Shown here: piece after piece, positions 57,694 to 64,000 of the stretch
How the letters are laid out: the number at the start of each line of letters is the position of its first letter
Numbering within the stretch: the first letter of the stretch is position 1
Made by a program: the position numbers and the translations under genes
Assembly: GCA_965151435.1 (NCBI GenBank)
Contig: CBCTZR010000001.1
Span: forward strand, 5,268 to 69,267
Length of the DNA: 64,000 nucleotides
Origin: an uncultured Merdibacter sp.
Lineage (GTDB): Bacteria; Bacillota_I; Bacilli_A; Erysipelotrichales; Erysipelotrichaceae
Direction: 5' to 3'
The notes under the pieces: generated by a model
Database searches by the model: none
Seen by the model: the letters and a program-made list of their open reading frames with translations, nothing else
Told to the model about the DNA's origin: nothing

Positions 57694-58106
57694 GATACTT
57701 TCTTTTCAATATGTAGGCTCGTACCATAGCCTGGTTTTGAATCAACTTGAAAGATATCCGCAAAAGTTTGCATAATCGTAAATCCCATCCCACTGCGTTC
57801 CAGATCTGTTCGACTGGTATATAATGGCTGCATGGCTTGTTGAAGATCTTGTATACCGCAGCCTTGATCATATAGATCGATGATGACGATCTCCTCGTCA
57901 TAACAAACCTCCAAAAAAACGTCACCATCTTCCTTCCCCTCATAACCATGGATCATGGCATTAACGATGCCCTCCGCAAGGATTGTCTTAATTTCCATCA
58001 ATGTCTCCATGGACAAATGCAGAGGAGCCAAAAAAGCGATCACGCTCGTGCGTGCAAATACTTCATTTTCCAATTTGCTTTTGAACACCAATTTCATTTC
58101 ATTCAT
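57690..58106 (-). CDS. spoIIAB: Anti-sigma F factor
   Basis: NEVFAR, EGIVNAMIHGY, ERSGMGFTIM. Confidence 0.93.
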   Translation of the reverse strand: MNEMKLVFKSKLENEVFARTSVIAFLAPLHLSMETLMEIKTILAEGIVNAMIHGYEGKEDGDVFLEVCYDEEIVIIDLYDQGCGIQDLQQAMQPLYTSRTDLERSGMGFTIMQTFADIFQVDSKPGYGTSLHIEKKVS

Positions 58107-58426
58107 TTTCTTCCCTCACTTCTCTCATAGCGTGCGAGCTGAAAGATACCGCTCATATCAAAGATCGTCTTATTTAACCGTGTCAAATTGCAGATCACAA
58201 TTTCCCCCTGCCACTGCTTTACCTGTTTATAGCGTGCCAGCACATAGCCGATCCCGCTGCTGTCCACGAAGGAAACATCTTTGAAATCCAGCTTTAACAA
58301 ATGCGGATGAAAGCGTTCGATCAAAGCGATGCTTTCCTCTTTGATACGCAGGACATTTTGATGATCAAATTCTCCTTCAAAATACAGATGGAGAACATCT
58401 CTTTTCTGTTCATACTTCATATCCAA
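58103..58426 (-). CDS. spoIIAA: Anti-sigma F antagonist
   Basis: GEFDH, FVDSSGIG...RYK STAS motif. Confidence 0.92.
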   Translation of the reverse strand: MDMKYEQKRDVLHLYFEGEFDHQNVLRIKEESIALIERFHPHLLKLDFKDVSFVDSSGIGYVLARYKQVKQWQGEIVICNLTRLNKTIFDMSGIFQLARYERSEGRK

Positions 58427-58471
58427 CCCTCCGCAAACACTCTAACACAGAAGTGTTTGCTCTTGGATTTC

Positions 58472-58564
58472 TTCGACAAAAGCCGTCAAAATAGCAAAAA
58501 AAAGCGTTCGACAAAAACGGACAGAGAAAAAGACAGATGTCATATCATGCAAACATCTGTCGAA
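58472..58564. promoter_or_regulatory. Spo0A boxes upstream of spoIIA operon
   Basis: TGTCGAA at 58472 and 58507 (- strand) and 58558 (+ strand). Confidence 0.7.
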
Positions 58565-59714
58565 AGGAACGGATCCACAGATCGAGGAAACTTGCCGGTT
58601 GTACTTCTTGATCAACGCTAAGAGGAATAGCGAATTGATAGCCATCGCTCATGGTAATGTGTAAGTTTGCGATGGTTTCATCAGGCAGATACGGCGGTGA
58701 AGTTTTCACATAATCGATCGTCTTCTCTTTGATCGTCGATTCTTCTCCTTTCTCCACCACATAATAAGCATCTTCCATCGTCACCAATGAAACCTCAAGG
58801 GGGTTTCCCTTCTCATCTTTGAGCGTAGCGATCACTTCTCCTTGGTGATATAACTGTTTTTGTTCAAAACGGGAAAAACCGTATTCCATCAAGGCGCTCA
58901 CTTCTTGATTACGCGTCTTTCCATCAGGTTCTCCCATAACTACACCGATCAAACGCAATCCATCACGTTGGGTCGTGACAGTGATGCAGCTCCCCGCTTC
59001 CAAAGTATAACCGGTTTTTAATCCATCGGTCCCCTCTAACTGTTTGATGAGCTTATTCGTGTTGACTAACCAAAAGGGAGCGCTGTCTTCGCGAATGTAC
59101 GCATCATAGGTGCTTGTGATCGAAAGCAGATCTTCTCCGCCTTCTTTGATCAATGCACTGGCGATGATTGCCATATCTTTGGCACAGCTGTAATGTCCAT
59201 CTGCATGCAGACCGGTCGCATTGAGAAAATGCGTATTCTCCAATTTCAGTTCTTTGGCTTTTTCATTCATCCTATCGACGAAAGCCTCCTGTGTCGTGCT
59301 CACTTTTTCTGCCATAGCCACCATCGCATCATTCGCCGATGCAATGCAGATGCTTTTGAGCAGATCTTCGACGCTCATCGTTTCTCCTACTTCCAGATAA
59401 ACCTGTGAACCACCCATGCTGGCTGCTGTTTCGCTTACCGTAACTTGATCGCTCAATTTCAATTTCCCTGCATGAATCTCTTCATAGATCAACAGCAATC
59501 CCATCATCTTTGTCATAGATGCCGGATATCTAGCTTCTAAAGCTTCTTTGGCATAGATTTCCCGCTGACTGTTCATCTCCATCAAATAAGCGCTCTGTGC
59601 CTGTGGGGTCAGGGTCTCCTCACTGATCGTCGCTTCACTTTCGCTCGCGTTGATCGGACATAGGAAAAGCAGCCAGACAAACAGCACACAAAGGATCGTT
59701 TGTATTTTTGTCAT
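58545..59714 (-). CDS. dacF: D-alanyl-D-alanine carboxypeptidase
   Basis: SMTK, SAN, KTG motifs; upstream of spoIIAA. Confidence 0.88.
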   Translation of the reverse strand: MTKIQTILCVLFVWLLFLCPINASESEATISEETLTPQAQSAYLMEMNSQREIYAKEALEARYPASMTKMMGLLLIYEEIHAGKLKLSDQVTVSETAASMGGSQVYLEVGETMSVEDLLKSICIASANDAMVAMAEKVSTTQEAFVDRMNEKAKELKLENTHFLNATGLHADGHYSCAKDMAIIASALIKEGGEDLLSITSTYDAYIREDSAPFWLVNTNKLIKQLEGTDGLKTGYTLEAGSCITVTTQRDGLRLIGVVMGEPDGKTRNQEVSALMEYGFSRFEQKQLYHQGEVIATLKDEKGNPLEVSLVTMEDAYYVVEKGEESTIKEKTIDYVKTSPPYLPDETIANLHITMSDGYQFAIPLSVDQEVQPASFLDLWIRSFRQMFA

Positions 59715-59766
59715 AGTATCGACCTCAATAGCACTGTATGCCAGTTCGCCGCAAACCATGCCCGAT

Positions 59767-60378
59767 TTATGCCCAATAGCGTATTTTTCCTGATGGTAGG
59801 TACAAACGCTGCAGTCTCAAAGTATCTGGCGTCTGCTCTTTTACATAGTAAAATGTGCTCTGCATCTGTAAGAGATGACCTTGTTCACTATGATAGCGTG
59901 CATCGTAAGCATCTGCCTGAACCAGAAAGGAAATGCTGACTTCTCTACTTTCCTCTTCTTGCATCTGTTCTTCCACATCCCAGCATAAAGTCTGTTCTTG
60001 TATACAAACCGTATTCGCCAGCTCTTGTGGAACGAACTGTACACCCTCCATCAAAACAAAGAACAGACATCCTTTTCGCTGTGCTCCTTCTTGCTTGCTG
60101 ATTCTGATCGGATTCGCTCGAAGAGCAATCGGCGATAAGAGTTCTACCTCTTTATCTTTTTCATCGATCCTTTGCTGTTGAAAGCGATCTTCTTCCATGA
60201 CAACTTCTAGCTTTATCGTCAACTGATCATCTTTAACACTAGGAGCAATCGTCTCTGTGATCGTGATTCCATCTTGTTGAATGCTCAGCGGTTCATAGAC
60301 AGATTCCCATCGCCCTTTTTCAAGCGGTAAACATTGAAGCGAACAGATGAACCAAACGATGCTGCAGATTATTTTCAT
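59767..60378 (-). CDS. Hypothetical protein with N-terminal signal-like segment
   Basis: 203 aa; AGGAGG RBS. Confidence 0.6.
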   Translation of the reverse strand: MKIICSIVWFICSLQCLPLEKGRWESVYEPLSIQQDGITITETIAPSVKDDQLTIKLEVVMEEDRFQQQRIDEKDKEVELLSPIALRANPIRISKQEGAQRKGCLFFVLMEGVQFVPQELANTVCIQEQTLCWDVEEQMQEEESREVSISFLVQADAYDARYHSEQGHLLQMQSTFYYVKEQTPDTLRLQRLYLPSGKIRYWA

Positions 60379-60459
60379 CTTTTTGCCTCCTCTTTTTTAT
60401 CCTAACGCTTGGAAACAGTGAAAATTGTCGATGAAAAAAACACATACCCTTCGTATGTG

Positions 60460-61407
60460 TCATTTTTCGAAATTCGTTTCGATCTGCCACTCTCCTAAAA
60501 TTTGATCAACAGGAATCTGAATCTTTTTTTCATTCAGATAAGCAAAATCGCTCTCTTTTGGTAAATCAAAGCATAAACGGTAAGCAGCTAAGGCTTGATA
60601 CATGTTCTGTCTTTTTGCTCCATATTTTACATCACCGATCAGCGGGTGATGCAAATAAGCGAACATCGCACGAATTTGGTGGAACTTGCCGCTGATGAGT
60701 TCGATCTCTACCAATGAATCCTGTGCAAATTGCTTCCATACGCGATAACGTAAAGAGCATCGGGTCGTACCCGGTTGTGGCTGTGAAAACAATAAGGCAG
60801 TAGTGCCTTCTTTTTTATGATACAGTTGAATCGTTCCTTGTCGCTGTGCGAGCGTTCCTTCCACACAGGCTACATAATATTTCTTTATTTGATGTTCTTG
60901 GATCGCACCATTGATCGAGCGCAAGGCACGCATAGTTTTTGCAACGATGATCAGCCCCCGTGTATTACGATCCAGCCGATTGCAGATGGCCGGGGCAAAG
61001 CTTTGTTCTTGCTGAGGATCATATTCCCCTTTCGCATACAGATAATGCCATAAACGCGTAACCACACAGTCTTGCGTCTGCGATTGATCGCTTTGTGAAC
61101 GCAAACCAACCGGTTTATCTAATATCAAAAGCTGATCATCTTCATAAAGGATCGTCAACTGTTTGGGAACCTTTAAAAAAGCATATTCATGTTTTCGTTC
61201 TTCTAATAGCTGTGGCGGCAAAAAGAGCTGTATGCAATCTCCACTCTGCAGACGCTGATCGATGGTACATCGTTTGCGATTGACTTTGATCTTTTTATTT
61301 CGAATCGCTTTGTACAGCATGCCTTTTGGCAGGTCTGGAAATACTTTCATCAAAAAGCGATCGATTCGCCCACCTTCGTCATTTTTCCCTATGATGATCT
61401 CTTTCAT
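60460..61407 (-). CDS. RluA-family pseudouridine synthase (RluC-like)
   Basis: S4 domain, NRLDRNTRG, GKFHQIR. Confidence 0.9.
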   Translation of the reverse strand: MKEIIIGKNDEGGRIDRFLMKVFPDLPKGMLYKAIRNKKIKVNRKRCTIDQRLQSGDCIQLFLPPQLLEERKHEYAFLKVPKQLTILYEDDQLLILDKPVGLRSQSDQSQTQDCVVTRLWHYLYAKGEYDPQQEQSFAPAICNRLDRNTRGLIIVAKTMRALRSINGAIQEHQIKKYYVACVEGTLAQRQGTIQLYHKKEGTTALLFSQPQPGTTRCSLRYRVWKQFAQDSLVEIELISGKFHQIRAMFAYLHHPLIGDVKYGAKRQNMYQALAAYRLCFDLPKESDFAYLNEKKIQIPVDQILGEWQIETNFEK

Positions 61408-61489
61408 GGCATTACCCCTTGATTAGTATAACACAACGCATTTAAATGTGATACACTTAAGAATAGTGATCGATAGAAAGGAAGCTGCT

Positions 61490-63814
61490 ATGTATACTTG
61501 CCGTATCTCTGTCCATGAATTAGTTGAAACTAGTTATCTGCAAGGAAATCTCACCTCGCAGGGAATGAGCATGCAGCGAGCACAGATTGGTGCCCGTATT
61601 CATCGCCATCTGCAGGCAAATCGTCCAAAAGGCTATCAAAGCGAAGTTTTTTTTCGCCATGAGAGCATTTTAAATGATCTGACGATCATTGTTGAAGGAA
61701 GAGCAGACGGCATTTTCACCAAAGAAGAGCCGATCATCGTTGAAGAGATCAAATCGACTTTGCTTCCTTATGAACAAATCGACGATAGCACGTTTGTTCA
61801 CTTTGCCCAATGTTATGTCTATGCCTATTTTTATCTGTTACAGGAAAACTTGGATACGATCATCTGCCGTGTCACTTACTGTCAGGTACAAAGTGAACAG
61901 ATCAAAAGTTTTGATCAGAGAAAAACACGAGAAGAATTGACTTCTTTTTATGAAACGCTTCTTGCCAATTATCGCAAATGGGCCATATTACAACGCGATT
62001 TACATATCCAGGCCAGAACGAGTGCCAAGGATATCGCTTTTCCTTTCGAAAGTTTTCGCCCGCATCAGCGCACATTTGCCGCTTGGGTCTATCAAAGCAT
62101 TCTCCGTCATGATTCTTTGATGGTACAAGCACCCACAGGAATCGGAAAAACAGTTTCCACATTATTTCCAGCCTTGAAAGCCATCGGAGAAGGCAAGTGC
62201 GAAAAAGTCTTTTATCTGAGCGCGAAGAGCATCACAGCAAAAGTTGCTCGGGATACGATGCGTCTATTCTATGAACAAGGTCTTTCTTTAAAATGCGTAT
62301 CGCTGACTGCCAAAGACAAAATGTGTCTTTTGGAAGAAAGAGATTGTGAAGAATGTCCCTATGCCGAAAACTATTATGGTCGCATACGTCCTGTCCTATA
62401 TGATCTTTTGCTAAGTAGAGATGAACTGGATGCAGACTGTTTCAAAACAGCAGGAAAACAACATACGCTTTGTCCTTTTGAACTCTCTTTAGATGCTGCG
62501 ACCTATGCTTCCCTGATCATCTGTGACTATAATTATGTCTTTGATCCAGGTGTCTATCTCAAACGTTTTTTCGAAGAAAAAGGCGATTACGTCTTTTTGA
62601 TCGATGAAGCGCATAATTTGGCACAACGCGCCAAAGAGATGTACAGCAGCGATCTATATGAACAAGAACTTTTACAACTGCAAGAGTTGCTTACAAAAGC
62701 GCCAGCATCCCTGACAAATGCTTTGCAACGTCTCTTAAAAGCATGCGATCGTTTAAAAGCGCGTTGTTTGGATTCCATCTGTTCACAGAAAGAACCCATG
62801 GAAGACCTCTACCAGCTCATCCATGCTCTGATCAACGAATGTGATCAATATCTGCAAATAGAAAAAGAACTGCCACAACAAAAAGAACTCTTGGAAATCT
62901 ATTTTGATCTCATCGACTTTCGACGGATCTTTGAGTATTACGATGAGAATTTCATCACGTGGTACCAACAAGAAGACGGTTTTTGCCATGTGCGGATCTT
63001 CTGCATGAATCCTGCCAATCAGATCCAAGAGCGCTTATCCTATGGAAACAGCGCCATCTATTTTAGCGCTACCCTATCGCCATCGCTTTACTATGCTACA
63101 CTGTTGGGAGAACAGGAAAAGGCAAAACGCATCGCTTTGCCTTCGATCTTTTCAAATGAACAATACGCCCTGCTCATCCATACGGCCATCTCTACACGTT
63201 ATCAGCATCGGGAAGCATCCTTGGTACCGCTGGTCCATACGATCTATCACAGTATTCACCCCAAAGCAGGGAACTATATCATCTTTTTCCCCAGCTATCG
63301 CTATATGCAGGATTGTGCCGCGCTTTTTATGAGCTCCTATCCGGATATAAACGTACAGCTACAAAAAAGTAATATGAATGAAGAAGAACGCCATGCATTT
63401 TTAGACCGCTTTGAAACACAGGAAGGCTGGCAGCTGTATTTCTGCGTTTTAGGAGGCATGTTTGCGGAAGGAATCGACTTTGCCGGAGAACGTTTGATCG
63501 GTGCGATCATCGTCGGTGTTGGCTTGCCGCAGATCAATATCGAATCGGATTTCATTCGCGATCATTTTAATGAACAAGGGATCGAGGGCTATCATTTCGC
63601 TTACACCTATCCTGGAATGAACAAAGTATTGCAGGCGATGGGAAGAGTCATCCGCACAAAAAAAGACAAGGGAATCCTTGTCTTGGTTGACGATCGTTAT
63701 AACACTGCTCTTTATCGTTCGCTGTTACCAGCTCATTATCAGCATGCGCACTATGTACAAAATGCGTTGCAGATCGAAACGATGCTTTCAGATTTCTGGC
63801 AACGATCAAAATAA
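61490..63814 (+). CDS. XPD/DinG-family Fe-S helicase with N-terminal PD-(D/E)XK nuclease domain
   Basis: G..IH...E...GRADG...EEIKS; APTGIGKT, Cys cluster, DEAH, QAMGRVIR. Confidence 0.9.
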   Translation: MYTCRISVHELVETSYLQGNLTSQGMSMQRAQIGARIHRHLQANRPKGYQSEVFFRHESILNDLTIIVEGRADGIFTKEEPIIVEEIKSTLLPYEQIDDSTFVHFAQCYVYAYFYLLQENLDTIICRVTYCQVQSEQIKSFDQRKTREELTSFYETLLANYRKWAILQRDLHIQARTSAKDIAFPFESFRPHQRTFAAWVYQSILRHDSLMVQAPTGIGKTVSTLFPALKAIGEGKCEKVFYLSAKSITAKVARDTMRLFYEQGLSLKCVSLTAKDKMCLLEERDCEECPYAENYYGRIRPVLYDLLLSRDELDADCFKTAGKQHTLCPFELSLDAATYASLIICDYNYVFDPGVYLKRFFEEKGDYVFLIDEAHNLAQRAKEMYSSDLYEQELLQLQELLTKAPASLTNALQRLLKACDRLKARCLDSICSQKEPMEDLYQLIHALINECDQYLQIEKELPQQKELLEIYFDLIDFRRIFEYYDENFITWYQQEDGFCHVRIFCMNPANQIQERLSYGNSAIYFSATLSPSLYYATLLGEQEKAKRIALPSIFSNEQYALLIHTAISTRYQHREASLVPLVHTIYHSIHPKAGNYIIFFPSYRYMQDCAALFMSSYPDINVQLQKSNMNEEERHAFLDRFETQEGWQLYFCVLGGMFAEGIDFAGERLIGAIIVGVGLPQINIESDFIRDHFNEQGIEGYHFAYTYPGMNKVLQAMGRVIRTKKDKGILVLVDDRYNTALYRSLLPAHYQHAHYVQNALQIETMLSDFWQRSK

Positions 63815-64000
63815 GGTTGGAAGCTCTTCGATGCGATCAATTGTCAAACAATCGCATTGAAGGAGCTTTTCTTTATGTTCATGTCCATTTGCAATCAAAA
63901 CACAGGCACAGCCGGCTGCTTTAGCCACTTCATAATCATGAACGCTATCCCCGATAAAAACGATGCTCTCTCTATCTTGTTTGCTCTCCATGACGAAGCG
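63806..64000 (-). CDS. HAD-family hydrolase (3' part)
   Basis: VFIGDSVHDYEVAKAAG motif; frame open to window edge. Confidence 0.8.
   Translation of the reverse strand, partial: RFVMESKQDRESIVFIGDSVHDYEVAKAAGCACVLIANGHEHKEKLLQCDCLTIDRIEELPTLF

Noticed and set aside
1..64000. CRISPR array, cas genes, reverse transcriptase/DGR, IS transposase
   Set aside because: No regularly spaced repeat-spacer array, RT motif or transposase found by eye

Overview
The window has two parts. (1) Positions 1 to ~32,590 are the right-hand portion of a temperate siphovirus-type prophage, mostly on the - strand. It runs from tail/host-recognition genes through tape measure, tail, head, portal and terminase, a late activator, replication/recombination genes (DnaD-type initiator, RecT, SbcC-like ATPase), an early region of tiny ORFs, a cro/cI switch, a low-GC three-gene cargo and a tyrosine integrase. 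It abuts the 3' end of a tRNA-Arg(TCT); the lysis genes and the other att site lie left of the window. (2) Positions ~32,590-64,000 are chromosome of a spore-forming Firmicute (Erysipelotrichaceae-like, by inference): ysnB/gerM/gerE/uvrC/mutS2/cvpA/rnhC, lspA-rluA, a BceRS-AB-like module, EetA/EetB/FMN-lipoprotein-like genes, sigK, dacF-spoIIAA-spoIIAB-sigF and a nuclease-fused XPD/DinG helicase. The most unusual structure is in the phage early region (26.2-28.2 kb): four times in a row a leftward lytic-operon gene is met tail-to-tail by a self-promoted rightward unit (three small proteins and one candidate sRNA), and two units share a near-identical junction repeat. Other highlights: a 3D-domain gene split by one in-frame TGA, a minor capsid protein with a foreign HExxH C-terminus followed by two small ORFs, a SHOCT-fused inward-pointing integrase, a DUF6978/DUF1829-like cargo pair, and a catalytically dead VanY-like host protein. 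All family names come from motif recognition by eye, not database searches.
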